Shown here: positions 9,483 through 19,284 of the stretch, piece after piece | How positions within the stretch are numbered: position 1 is the stretch's first letter | How the letters are laid out: every line of letters begins with the position of its first letter | Assembly (NCBI GenBank): GCA_963696295.1 | Contig: CAVOJR010000001.1 | Coordinates: forward strand, 2,112,001-2,176,000 | DNA: 64,000 nt | DNA from: an uncultured Chlamydiae bacterium | GTDB lineage: Bacteria > Chlamydiota > Chlamydiia > Chlamydiales > JAJFMB01 | Reading direction: 5' to 3' | Made by a program: the position numbers and the translations under genes | The notes under the pieces: generated by a model | The model's input: the letters and a program-made list of their open reading frames with translations, nothing else | Databases searched by the model: none | What the model was told of the DNA's origin: nothing

Positions 9483-10319
9483 ATGAGAAAAATTCATCTT
9501 CTTCCTAATATGATCACCGCATTTAGTTTGTGCTGCGGTTTGTTTGTCATATTTAAAATTAGTTTATTTGATTTGGGGGAAACTCCCTACCAGTCGATCA
9601 TGGCTGCGGCGGGCATTCTCATGGTCGCCGCCTTTGCCGACCTCCTCGATGGCGCCATCGCGCGCGCCATGCGTGCCGAGAGCGAATTCGGCGGCTTCTT
9701 CGACTCGCTGGCCGATTCGATCTCATTTGGGGTAGCCCCTGCCGTCGTCATCCTCAAAAGCCTCGATCTCGAACCGAAATCGGAACTCACCTTTTTGCTC
9801 ATCACGGCCGCCATGGTCTATGCGACCTGCGGGGTGCTCAGGCTCGTTCGCTACAGCGTCACCAGCATCTACCACAAAGATGAGGACTCGGCTAGTAAAA
9901 AAACTTTTACCGGTTTGCCCATTCCCGCCGCCGCCGCGGCTGTGATTTCGGGGGCCCTGCTGCTCGTTTCCGACGATTTTAAAAATATTTATCCCATCAG
10001 CGACAATGCCAGGGCGTGGGTGGTTTTTTTCATGCTGATCGTGATCGGCTATTTTATGATCAGCCGCTGGAAGTTTCCAAGCCTTCGCACGTTGCGCATC
10101 CGGGTCGCCTCCTTTCAGTCGGTTTTTCTGTCGGCCCTCTCTGCGGTGTTTATTTTCTATGGGATTTTTCACCACTTTGCGCTGGTATTTGCCTTTGTCT
10201 CCTGGCTCTATGTTGTGATCGCCTGGACCCTTTCGATCGTGCGCCTCATCTCGGGCAAGAAATCGCAGACTCTGGTCGATTTCGAACCGGACACCGATGA
10301 TTTCGATGATTTAAATTAG
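9483..10319 (+). CDS. pssA: CDP-diacylglycerol--serine O-phosphatidyltransferase
   Basis: LPNMIT, DLLDGAIAR...SEFGGFFDSLADSISFGVAPA, RLVRY, FTGLPIPAAA. Confidence 0.92.
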   Translation: MRKIHLLPNMITAFSLCCGLFVIFKISLFDLGETPYQSIMAAAGILMVAAFADLLDGAIARAMRAESEFGGFFDSLADSISFGVAPAVVILKSLDLEPKSELTFLLITAAMVYATCGVLRLVRYSVTSIYHKDEDSASKKTFTGLPIPAAAAAVISGALLLVSDDFKNIYPISDNARAWVVFFMLIVIGYFMISRWKFPSLRTLRIRVASFQSVFLSALSAVFIFYGIFHHFALVFAFVSWLYVVIAWTLSIVRLISGKKSQTLVDFEPDTDDFDDLN

Positions 10320-10921
10320 ATAAAGAACCTGAGCAGGCCGATGATCACCCCCTGCAATAGGAACTCCTCCGATTTGATCAAAAGATCGGAACTTAAACCC
10401 GTCAGCCTCACATGGTTGCCCTCCGGATAATACCTTTTTACAATCACCTTCCTGTCTTTCAAAAGGGCAATAACCAGCTCGCCCGCAAATGCCGACTGGC
10501 GCGCTTCGACAATCAAAAGATCTCCATCCCCAATCAACTCCTCGTTCAACGTGTCCCCGCGCACCCGCAACACATAGGTATTTTCGAACGAGGAAATTAA
10601 GGAGGCGGGCACGGCGATGGTCTGGATCTGGGGAAAGGTCTCGATGGTGTTCTCATGGGTGATGTTGCCGATAAAGGGCAGCTGCAGTTCGGCGGTCTGT
10701 TTTTCCTCAGAGACGGGCAGGGCGAGCGAGCGGCTGCAATGTTTTTCCGATTGGATCTGCCCTTTCCGCTTCAAGGTCTGGACATGTTTGTAAACCGATC
10801 CTAAGGAAGAGAATTGGAAGTGGTGCTGTATCTCCCGGTAGCTCGGGGAGTAGCGGTTTTTATCGATAAACTCTTTGATATAGGCGGCTATTTCAACTTG
10901 CCGCTTGGTGAGGCCTTTCAT
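10316..10921 (-). CDS. lexA: LexA-family repressor (atypical cleavage and catalytic residues)
   Basis: LTKRQ...PSYREI...SLGSVYKHVQTLKRKG winged HTH and a C-terminal S24-like domain (RVRGDTL, IGDGDLLIV, VKRY). Confidence 0.88.
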   Translation of the reverse strand: MKGLTKRQVEIAAYIKEFIDKNRYSPSYREIQHHFQFSSLGSVYKHVQTLKRKGQIQSEKHCSRSLALPVSEEKQTAELQLPFIGNITHENTIETFPQIQTIAVPASLISSFENTYVLRVRGDTLNEELIGDGDLLIVEARQSAFAGELVIALLKDRKVIVKRYYPEGNHVRLTGLSSDLLIKSEEFLLQGVIIGLLRFFI

Positions 10922-11525
10922 GGAATATCCATTGATCTAGGGTTTTGGCGGTGAAATACATCACGAGCGCTCCAAAGAGCACGTCGCTAAAGAAATGCCC
11001 CCCTTGCGCGATCCGGGCCAATCCGAGCAGCGAGCCGAAGAGGAGGCTTAAAGTGAGGCCGGCAAGGGAAAGCGTCCGGTTTTGCCGCCGTTTGCCGAGA
11101 AAATAGAAACTGAAGAAGTAGAAGCCGGCAGTGCAGTGGCCGCAAGGAAATGAGCGGGAGGGCTCGGGCTGTGAAAAATTCGGGGCGTAATAGGGGCGGA
11201 ATTTTTGAGCGCCGCCGAATTCAATCACCTGCTTCGGCCTTGGGCGCCCCCAGTGATGTTTTAAGGCGAGTTCATTAATCACAAAGGCGCCGATCGCCAG
11301 CGTCAAAAAGAGATAGAGGGCGATCAGATTTTTTTTGGGCAGAAAGAAAAGGGCGCAAAAAGCGATGATTTGGGGCGGCCGCTCCCCATATTTGTAAAGC
11401 AGGGCGAAAAAAGAATTTCCTGAAAAATGGCCGTCGACAAAGAAATAACGGGTGATCGAAAGGTCGAGAAAACCGCTGAAAGGGGTATAGAGGCAAAGGA
11501 TTAAGAATAGGACGAACCATTTCAT
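10893..11525 (-). CDS. PAP2-family membrane phosphatase
   Basis: K..WGRPRP, SFPCGH and RIAQGGHFFSD motifs with multiple TM segments. Confidence 0.88.
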   Translation of the reverse strand: MKWFVLFLILCLYTPFSGFLDLSITRYFFVDGHFSGNSFFALLYKYGERPPQIIAFCALFFLPKKNLIALYLFLTLAIGAFVINELALKHHWGRPRPKQVIEFGGAQKFRPYYAPNFSQPEPSRSFPCGHCTAGFYFFSFYFLGKRRQNRTLSLAGLTLSLLFGSLLGLARIAQGGHFFSDVLFGALVMYFTAKTLDQWIFHERPHQAAS

Positions 11526-11879
11526 GCGACCAAGATTAGAGGGTGTTGGGTTTTTTTGCAAATAATTCGTATGCCACAGATAATTAATGATTTAAAAATT
11601 TGCTGGGGAGTTTTGTTTGCCTATTGTACGCCAATAATGATAACTCATTGAGTCTAAGTGGATGCTTTTGGGGAAATGTTGTTGATAAGTCGGTCTGCAG
11701 CCCGTTCTGCCGGCTCCTCTTTTTTGTCAATCGATTTGAGCGTGGTGATTTTTATAACATACTAAAAATGAATATGATAGAAGTTGTCATCCTAGAGAAA
11801 GCCGTTTCCGGACGAAAGAAAAATTTCTAGACAAAAAAATGTTCATAACTAATGGAATTTATGTCATAATTAGTTGCTT

Positions 11880-12776
11880 ATGGAAAAGAAAAGACCCCGC
11901 AGCTTCGGAACTCACAACGGAACCTTTCATGCCGACGAGGTGACCGCCTGCGCCCTTCTTTTGCTTTTTGATCTGATCGATCCGGATAAAATCGTCCGCT
12001 CGCGCGATGCGAAAGTCTTAAGCGAGTGCGAGTATGTGTGCGATGTGGGGGGCGTTTACGATCCGAAAGCCAAGTGTTTCGACCACCACCAGGCCGATTA
12101 TCAGGGCCTTTTGAGCAGTGCCGGGATGATTTTGCTCTATCTGCTTTCGACGGGCCATATCAGTTCCAATGAGTATCAATTTTTAAACCACTCGATCGTG
12201 ATGGGGGTGGACGCCCATGATATCGGCCGGGCGCCGCAAATTCCGGGGCTTTGCTCCTTTTCCCATCTGATTTCCAATTTCACCCCGATCAGCCATGAAG
12301 TATCCGAAGAGGAGCAGACGGCGGCCTTCCATGAGGCTATGCAGTTTACCCTCGGCCATCTCAAAAGGATGTGGCAGCGGTATCTGTACGGCCAATCGTG
12401 CCGTGAAATTGTCGCCGATGCGATGAGTAAAAACAACGAGTGTCTGATCTTTGAAAAGGCGATACCCTGGTTTGACGCTTTCTTTGAGCTCGGCGGTGCG
12501 ACCCACCCGGCCACTTTCATGATTATGCCTTCGGGTAAGCATTGGAAGTTAAGAGGGATCCCCCCAAGCTACGATGAGCGGATGAAGGTGCGCCACTATT
12601 TGCCTGAGGAGTGGGCGGGCTACCTGGAAGAGGAGTTAAAACAGATTTCGGGCATTCCCGGAGCCATTTTTTGCCACAAAGGGCGGTTTATTTCCGTTTG
12701 GGAAACCCGCGAGGATGCCATTAAAGCCTGGGAATATGTAAGGAGGAAGCGTGACTATATTCAAAAAGATCATTGA
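11880..12776 (+). CDS. MYG1/UPF0160 family exonuclease
   Basis: GTHNGTFHADE, DVGG.YD, FDHHQ, LSSAG, FCHKGRF. Confidence 0.9.
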   Translation: MEKKRPRSFGTHNGTFHADEVTACALLLLFDLIDPDKIVRSRDAKVLSECEYVCDVGGVYDPKAKCFDHHQADYQGLLSSAGMILLYLLSTGHISSNEYQFLNHSIVMGVDAHDIGRAPQIPGLCSFSHLISNFTPISHEVSEEEQTAAFHEAMQFTLGHLKRMWQRYLYGQSCREIVADAMSKNNECLIFEKAIPWFDAFFELGGATHPATFMIMPSGKHWKLRGIPPSYDERMKVRHYLPEEWAGYLEEELKQISGIPGAIFCHKGRFISVWETREDAIKAWEYVRRKRDYIQKDH

Positions 12777-13083
12777 CGGCGAAGTGCCTTGCGAGAAGGT
12801 GTTTGAAAATGAAAAGATTTTGGCATTTAAGGATATCAACCCCGTTGCCCCGGTGCATATTTTGATCATTCCCAAAAAAGAGATTGCCGATCTGCAATCG
12901 GTCTCGTCCGATGATCTGCCGCTCGTGGCGGAGATGATTTCAGTCGCGCAGGCTTTGGCCAAGCGCTACAACATTTTAGAGGGTTACCGTTTGCTGACGA
13001 ATAACGGACCACTCTCCGGACAAGTGGTGAAGCACTTGCATTTCCACCTGATCGGCGGGAGGAAGCTGGGAGCCCTGGCGTGA
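12751..13083 (+). CDS. HIT family nucleotide-binding protein
   Basis: IFKKII, FKDINP.AP.H, and histidine triad HLHFH. Confidence 0.93.
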   Translation: MTIFKKIIDGEVPCEKVFENEKILAFKDINPVAPVHILIIPKKEIADLQSVSSDDLPLVAEMISVAQALAKRYNILEGYRLLTNNGPLSGQVVKHLHFHLIGGRKLGALA

Positions 13084-13610
13084 TCAAGACATTGGAGAGA
13101 AAAGATTCGGCCTTACTGGTCATCGACGTGCAGGAGCGCCTCTTTCCCCATATCGACCGGCATCAGGAGCTGCTTCGCTCGCTGCAAAAGGCTGTGCGGG
13201 GTTTTCAGGCGCTGCAAATCCCTCTGTTTGTCACTGAGCAGGTGCCCGAAAAGATGGGGCCTACGGTTCTGGATCACCTGCCAAAGGCTTTTCCTAAAAG
13301 CGCTTTTTCCTGTCTTGGAGACCCGCAATTCCACGCCTCGTTGAGCCTGGGGATCAGAGAGTATGTGCTCGCGGGGATTGAAACGCATGTGTGCGTTCTG
13401 CAGACCGCGCGCGATTTTATCAACGAAGGCTACCGGGTGACGGTTTTGCAGGACGCGGTCGGTTCGAGGTCGGAAAAGGATTATTTGTCTGCCTTAGAGG
13501 AGATGAGGGGCTTCGGCGTCCGCTTAAGTTCCGTAGAGACGATTCTTTTTGAGCTTTTGCGAGGCGCCAACGCGCCTGAATTTCGAACCATCAGAGATAT
13601 TGTTAAATGA
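13080..13610 (+). CDS. Isochorismatase family hydrolase
   Basis: LVIDVQE, TEQ.P..MG.T, KSAFSC, GIETHVCVLQT. Confidence 0.9.
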   Translation: MIKTLERKDSALLVIDVQERLFPHIDRHQELLRSLQKAVRGFQALQIPLFVTEQVPEKMGPTVLDHLPKAFPKSAFSCLGDPQFHASLSLGIREYVLAGIETHVCVLQTARDFINEGYRVTVLQDAVGSRSEKDYLSALEEMRGFGVRLSSVETILFELLRGANAPEFRTIRDIVK

Positions 13611-15325
13611 GAATCGCCTTCTTTTTGCTATTTTTTTCAACCCTTGGAGCCATGGAGGAACAGCAATGGCTCAAGCGGATCTTTGCCTACCAATTGCTGC
13701 AGGACGATCATTCGGCCGCCATCGAAGGGGAAAAGGCTCTCAAAGAGTGGCCCGGCAGCCGCCCCCTCTGGCAGGCTTATATCAAGGCGCTTGCAAAAGG
13801 CGGGGAGGAGAGAGGCGTCAACGCCGCTTTCACACAGTATTGCGCAAAGTTCGAAACCCCTTACGCCGACCGCGATCTCCTGGAGAGCATGGCCTGGGGA
13901 GTGATTGCGAAAGGGGTCAGCTCCACATATCCGAATGTGCGGCTCATGGCGATGCTGGGGGCCTTTTTTAGCCAGGATGCGAAAGGGGTTGAGGTTTTAA
14001 AGCGCTGTTTGAGCGATCCAAACTCCCTTGTCCGCGCGGCGGGCGTTAATCTCGCTTCGAATTTACGGGATGCCAAATTGCAGGAGGAGGTGCTTAAGCG
14101 CTTCCGGGAGGAAAGCAATTGGGATGTGCGTTTGGAGGCGATCAAGGCGGTCGGCGCGATGCACATCAAGGAAGCGAGAGGGGAGCTTGTCAAGATTTTG
14201 ACCGGCAAGCGCTCGACGGCTGAAGAGCGGGTTTCGGCGATCCAATCTACTGTGGAATTGATGGATACCGCCGACAGGGAAGAAGTGGAGACATTGGTCA
14301 GGAGCGACCGGGCGGGGCTTCGCTTATTGGCTTGCCAGATCGTGGAGCATTTCGATCTGGAGCGGGATCTCGATCTGGTCATACCGCTTCTGAAAGATTA
14401 CCACGCCGATATCAGGGCGGCCGCCATCCACGTTGTGGCGACCTTTCGCCTGGGGGAATTTAAAGGACAGCCTGTGAAGTGTCTGCTCGAGCCTCTGCTC
14501 GCCGACCCCGACCGGCATGTCGCGCTTACCGCCTGCTGGGCTATGACGATCTTCGACCCGGAAAAGGGGCAGAATTCCTTTGAACCATGGCTCAACCACC
14601 GCTCTATCGAGACCTGCCGCATCGCGAGCGCAGCGCTTGCAGCCACGGGTAAGTATGGGGTAGACCTGATGAGAAAAACTTTTTTGACCGCAAAAGATCC
14701 TTATGTGCGGATGAATCTCGCTTTAGGCCTGATCAGCCAGCGCGTCTGTACCGAGCAGGCCTCACAGGCTCTCTACGATGGGATCGTCGATTCAGCCGAC
14801 CGCTGGACCTGGGGTGAATACTCATTTTTCCGGGTGCTCGCGCCGACTAAGATGTTTGCTGAAAAGTCCTTGTTGCGTAACCCTGAAGAGACGAATCAGA
14901 TGGCGCGCCTCGATATTCTCAACATCCTGGCCATCATGAAAGATCCCCACGCGCTCGATGCCATTAAAAATTATCTGAAAAAAAAGCAGTGGGGAATAAC
15001 CGGTCTTGCTTCAACGGTTTTATTGACCGAAGGAGATGAGTCTGCCATAGCTTTGGTGCAGCAGCTGATGAGCGATCCCGATCCGCAAATCAGTTTTCAG
15101 GCGGCCTTGATTGTCGCTCTCTGGGGGCGCGGCGAAAGCGCCGTGCATGTGCTGCAGCAAGCCTACGAGACCGCTTCGCGCGAGACCAAGGAGAGGATTT
15201 TGGAAGGGCTTGGGCGCATCGGATCCCCTGCCTCCATCCCCTTTTTAACAAGTAAATTACAAGAACCCGCACAACCATTGCGGCTGATTGCAGCCGCCAC
15301 CTTGCTTCAATGTCTATATCATTAA
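13607..15325 (+). CDS. HEAT-repeat protein with signal peptide
   Basis: Repeated L.DP...VR.AA units and an N-terminal hydrophobic signal MRIAFFLLFFSTLGA. Confidence 0.8.
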   Translation: MRIAFFLLFFSTLGAMEEQQWLKRIFAYQLLQDDHSAAIEGEKALKEWPGSRPLWQAYIKALAKGGEERGVNAAFTQYCAKFETPYADRDLLESMAWGVIAKGVSSTYPNVRLMAMLGAFFSQDAKGVEVLKRCLSDPNSLVRAAGVNLASNLRDAKLQEEVLKRFREESNWDVRLEAIKAVGAMHIKEARGELVKILTGKRSTAEERVSAIQSTVELMDTADREEVETLVRSDRAGLRLLACQIVEHFDLERDLDLVIPLLKDYHADIRAAAIHVVATFRLGEFKGQPVKCLLEPLLADPDRHVALTACWAMTIFDPEKGQNSFEPWLNHRSIETCRIASAALAATGKYGVDLMRKTFLTAKDPYVRMNLALGLISQRVCTEQASQALYDGIVDSADRWTWGEYSFFRVLAPTKMFAEKSLLRNPEETNQMARLDILNILAIMKDPHALDAIKNYLKKKQWGITGLASTVLLTEGDESAIALVQQLMSDPDPQISFQAALIVALWGRGESAVHVLQQAYETASRETKERILEGLGRIGSPASIPFLTSKLQEPAQPLRLIAAATLLQCLYH

Positions 15326-16923
15326 AATCGCTCACACTGCTCCTTTTTTTCGCCTTTACTTTTTTAGTGTGGGAAGCGAGCAGCCGTCATATGGGCCATT
15401 TGAACTTTGTGCTGCCGGCTCCGTCCCGCGTTTTATCCAGCCTGCAGCAGCAGAGAGAGATGTTCCTCTTCCATACCAAAATCACCTGCCAGGAGATGGC
15501 CGGAGGCATGCTGATCTCATTTTGCCTCGCTTTTCCTCTGGCCTTCATGATGGCTGTTTGGGCTCCTGTCAGATTGATTCTGCAGCCGCTCTTTGTGATC
15601 GTGCAGTGCATCCCCATGTTTACGCTCGCCCCCCTGATGGTGCTCTGGTTCGACTGGTCTTATACGGCCATTGTCATTCCCACCGCCCTGATGATCTTTT
15701 TCCCTCTGACCATGAACCTTTACGCAGGCATCTGCTCGACGCCAAGGTCCTATCTCGACATCTTTTCCCTCTATCAGGCCACCCGCCTGCAAACCTTTTT
15801 CAAATTACAGCTCCCCTGGTCGCTGCCTCACATCTTCTCGGGGATCCGCATCTCAAGCGCAATCGCCGGCATCGGCGCGATAGCCGGGGAGTGGGCGGGA
15901 GGGCAAAATGGCCTCGGCGTGTTGATGCTTGAGAGCCGGCGGGCCGCTGACCTTGAGATCACTTTCGGGGCTCTTTTTTGCCTGACGGCCCTTTCACTCC
16001 TATTTTATGGCGGCTCCCTTCTTCTGGAAAAAAAGTTTCGAAGCATCCCAGCGCTTTTTCTCTCTTTGTTTTTGGTTTCCTGTGAAGGGGGCGGCGAGAA
16101 GGTGCGCCTTCTGCTCGACTGGTTTCCCAATCCCAACCACACTCCCTTATATGTGGGTATTGAGAAGGGTTTTTTTGAAAAGCGCGGGATTCCCCTGCAG
16201 ATTTACAAGACCCACGATCCCTCGGACGGCATCCCCTATCTCACTTCAGGGAAGGTTGAGCTTGCCATCTCCTATATGCCCCACACTTTGCAGGCCATTC
16301 TAAAGGGGGCGGAAGTGAAGGCTATCGGGGTTTTATTTAAGCAGCCGCTGAACGCTCTCATCTACCGCTTGGGGGAGGGGATTGAAAAACCGGCCGATTT
16401 GAGCGGCAAGGTGCTTGGCTTTTGTGTGGATGGAACTCAGACTTCCATGTTGGATAATCTGCTGCGGATCAACCGGATCGAACCTGCGGCAAAGAGGAAC
16501 GTCAGCTTTGATCTCGTGAGCATGCTCGGCATGAAAAAGGTCGATGTCATTTACGGGGCTTTTTGGAATGTCGAAGGGGCTCATCTGAAGCATATGGGGG
16601 TGGAGTGCGGCTATTTTTCTTTGGAAGAGCTGGGCATGCCAAACTATTATGAGCTGATTATCCTGGCTTTAAGCGATTCCCGGTTTGCCGCTGAGCCCTT
16701 CTGTTCCAATTGGAAAAAGGGGCTGCAGGAGAGCATCGATTTTTGCCGGGATCATCCGGAGGAGGCGTATCAGATCTATCTCAAACACAACCCCGACAAA
16801 GGGAAAGAGCGGAAGGCCTGGGAAAAAAAATGTTGGGATGGCACCTATGGTCTCTTAAGCGAAGATCAGCTTATTGATGAGAAAGAGTGGAAATCGTTTG
16901 TTGAGTGGCTGCGGGTGATATGA
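15310..16923 (+). CDS. Fused ABC permease + NMT1/THI5-type substrate-binding protein (ThiX-ThiY-like)
   Basis: N-half LPAPS...LQLPWSLP..FSG.RI...GAIAGEW permease; C-half LLDWFPNPNH...GMPNYYEL binding domain. Confidence 0.85.
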   Translation: MSISLKSLTLLLFFAFTFLVWEASSRHMGHLNFVLPAPSRVLSSLQQQREMFLFHTKITCQEMAGGMLISFCLAFPLAFMMAVWAPVRLILQPLFVIVQCIPMFTLAPLMVLWFDWSYTAIVIPTALMIFFPLTMNLYAGICSTPRSYLDIFSLYQATRLQTFFKLQLPWSLPHIFSGIRISSAIAGIGAIAGEWAGGQNGLGVLMLESRRAADLEITFGALFCLTALSLLFYGGSLLLEKKFRSIPALFLSLFLVSCEGGGEKVRLLLDWFPNPNHTPLYVGIEKGFFEKRGIPLQIYKTHDPSDGIPYLTSGKVELAISYMPHTLQAILKGAEVKAIGVLFKQPLNALIYRLGEGIEKPADLSGKVLGFCVDGTQTSMLDNLLRINRIEPAAKRNVSFDLVSMLGMKKVDVIYGAFWNVEGAHLKHMGVECGYFSLEELGMPNYYELIILALSDSRFAAEPFCSNWKKGLQESIDFCRDHPEEAYQIYLKHNPDKGKERKAWEKKCWDGTYGLLSEDQLIDEKEWKSFVEWLRVI

Positions 16924-17999
16924 TTCCTATAGATCCCTTCTTGAGCCTGGAGCGGAGTTTATTCCAAATACAGAGTTCAAGCGGTGATTTATTGAAAAAA
17001 ATGGGGGAAGTGCGGCAACGGTATTTTCTTCTCGAACTGCAGGTGACAAGCTGCCGGCTGCAAAAAAAAGCTTCTTTGCGGCAATCCAGCCCCATTTCCG
17101 AATTTTTTTCCGAATCCCTTATTGAAATGCAGAGGAAAAGCGATTGGCTTCACCTGGAGCTTGAAATGAAGAAAGCAGAAAAGCACTATGCCCAGCTGCT
17201 GCTCCATTTGGGGGTCAGGATAAAACCGGAAAGTCAATCTATCCAACAGGCGCATGAGCTTATGCCGGCAGATTTTAACGATTCTCATATAGATGCTTTC
17301 TTCGGTGTGGATTGCCGCAAGGTTGAGAAGGCTTCAAATCGCTATTACATTAGTTTTTCCACGCTCATTAAGATGATGAGCCGGGTTCCGGCTGAGAGGG
17401 AAAAAAACAGTCTTAATGCGCAATTAGATAAATTAGAAAATATTTTGGATCTCTTCTTTCAGAATAATCTGCTTTTGCAGGAGGAAAATGACGAACTAAA
17501 GCTTCAAATGAGAAACGATATCGCCACCATGACTCAACGCAATGAGTCTTTGCTGAGAACCTATGGGATTTGGCTGAATGAAAGTGATTTGAGCAAACCT
17601 GAAGCGGCAGAGGCCTATCTCAATGCTTTTCGAACAGAACTTTTGCCCTCCAGCAATCAGAATTATGTGGATCAATATATACAACTATTGGCAGCAAATA
17701 TCGGGCTGACCAAAAAATTTCCTGCTGAATTAGACATTGCTTTTCTAAACCTGAATGAGGTGGAAGGAGCCCCGGGTCTTCATATTCTAAAGAAGGTTCA
17801 TTTCAACCTGCTTCAAGCGCGGATTGTGACGGCCAAGAACCGAAAAAAAATCGGCAATTGCAAAGAAAATATCGCAAAACTGGAAACAAAAATGATTCAT
17901 AAGGATCGCGAAATGGCCAAATGGGAGCTCGATTGTTTGTTGAACAGCATGGAACTGTTCGAATCGGCCCGGAAGTCCCTGGCCCGATTGTCGCTTTAG
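16905..17999 (+). CDS. Hypothetical helical/coiled-coil protein
   Basis: 364-aa ORF, L/E/K-rich, no recognised motif. Confidence 0.6.
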   Translation: MAAGDMIPIDPFLSLERSLFQIQSSSGDLLKKMGEVRQRYFLLELQVTSCRLQKKASLRQSSPISEFFSESLIEMQRKSDWLHLELEMKKAEKHYAQLLLHLGVRIKPESQSIQQAHELMPADFNDSHIDAFFGVDCRKVEKASNRYYISFSTLIKMMSRVPAEREKNSLNAQLDKLENILDLFFQNNLLLQEENDELKLQMRNDIATMTQRNESLLRTYGIWLNESDLSKPEAAEAYLNAFRTELLPSSNQNYVDQYIQLLAANIGLTKKFPAELDIAFLNLNEVEGAPGLHILKKVHFNLLQARIVTAKNRKKIGNCKENIAKLETKMIHKDREMAKWELDCLLNSMELFESARKSLARLSL

Positions 18000-18763
18000 C
18001 TATCTGCTCTCACCAGGCTTCGCTCAATCTTTTTGATGCCTCTCAATTCCCTTTGGTAGTTGCAGCCCCAGGGATAAGTCAAACAGGTCGTTCCATTGAC
18101 TCCCTTGAGTTCCAGGTAGGCCGTGCCGCCGAGATGCTCGTAAGTTTTATGCAAAAGGGTGGAATTAATCATTCCATTTTTATCGGCGATGACAGTTTTA
18201 TTGATCTTGATATCGCCTGAAAAAGTGAATAATTGGACTTTTTCAAAAGGGGTAAAACCGCGGGCTTGCATGTAAAAGGTTTTGTTTTCCGGATCTCCCA
18301 ATTGCAAAGAGAGGGCGTAGCCATTCTCATTGATTTGCAAAGGTCTTGGTATAAATTGGAGTTCTGCCGATTCCATCCCGTTTTTTGAAGCGACTTTAAT
18401 CGTGATCGGTTCTCCCGGGCCCATGGCAAGAGTGCACAATTTAAACAGCTCCACGCCATCCAATAATTGCCCGTCTGAGCTGCGATTTAAGGAAGAGTGC
18501 AGCACCTCTTCAACGCCATCAATATTTTTCGCGACTAAAACAAAACCGCTATTTGACTGAGCATTTTTTAAAGAAAAGGTAAAGGTCGGCAATTTTTTGT
18601 CGATTTCATCCATTTCAACGCGGGTAGCCTGCAGGGTTATAGGACCCGGAGAACAGGGGACCACTCTATTTTTGGGAGGGGCGGGGTTTTTTAAGGGAGA
18701 TGCCTCAGCAGTGAAGATGGCGGCTAACCCTGCGAACAGACATATAAATAGTGGGCTTTTCAT
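17996..18763 (-). CDS. Hypothetical exported protein
   Basis: Signal peptide MKSPLFICLFAGLAAIFTAEA with RBS GAGG upstream. Confidence 0.7.
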   Translation of the reverse strand: MKSPLFICLFAGLAAIFTAEASPLKNPAPPKNRVVPCSPGPITLQATRVEMDEIDKKLPTFTFSLKNAQSNSGFVLVAKNIDGVEEVLHSSLNRSSDGQLLDGVELFKLCTLAMGPGEPITIKVASKNGMESAELQFIPRPLQINENGYALSLQLGDPENKTFYMQARGFTPFEKVQLFTFSGDIKINKTVIADKNGMINSTLLHKTYEHLGGTAYLELKGVNGTTCLTYPWGCNYQRELRGIKKIERSLVRADS

Positions 18764-18935
18764 GTGATTTACCTCATAAACGCTATGTTTATCTGCAAAA
18801 TGGATTATTCCGCTATTTTAATTCAACAAAAATTTTGAGAGGGTTAAATTTATCAAAACTTAAATTGAATTATAACCAGAGTTAATAATTGAATTATATA
18901 ATTATTAGTAAATAATAAAAAGGCGAGGTGTAATT

Positions 18936-19217
18936 ATGTCAGGCATAACAAATAATAATCAGCTGCCCCCCTTTCCTCCTATGCAGAAACCCGTGGATTT
19001 GAGTGGTCAAACGTCTTGGATTAAGCTGGGCTTTGGGCTTTTTAAGGAAAAAATAGAGCCGAAAGAAGTCCCAAGAGAAGAGGCGTCCTCAGGAAAAGAA
19101 GCAGATTCTCAAGAGACTGCTCCGCACAAATCCTATAAGGGCTATGGCTATGGCTATGGCGTGCCGGAAGGGATTGAGGCCAAATTGGCGAAGCAAAGAG
19201 CAAAAATTAAAGAATAA
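18936..19217 (+). CDS. Small Pro-rich hypothetical protein, candidate T3SS effector
   Basis: RBS GAGGTG; N-terminus MSGITNNNQLPPFPP; AT-rich upstream region. Confidence 0.6.
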   Translation: MSGITNNNQLPPFPPMQKPVDLSGQTSWIKLGFGLFKEKIEPKEVPREEASSGKEADSQETAPHKSYKGYGYGYGVPEGIEAKLAKQRAKIKE

Positions 19218-19284
19218 TATTTATATAAAGTTAAAATTATCTTAATATAATAAAGATATAATTAAACATATAAACAAAACAACC

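Noticed and set aside
15200..15310. TPP riboswitch upstream of the ThiXY-like fusion
   Set aside because: The gene overlaps the upstream CDS, and no TPP aptamer consensus was recognised.
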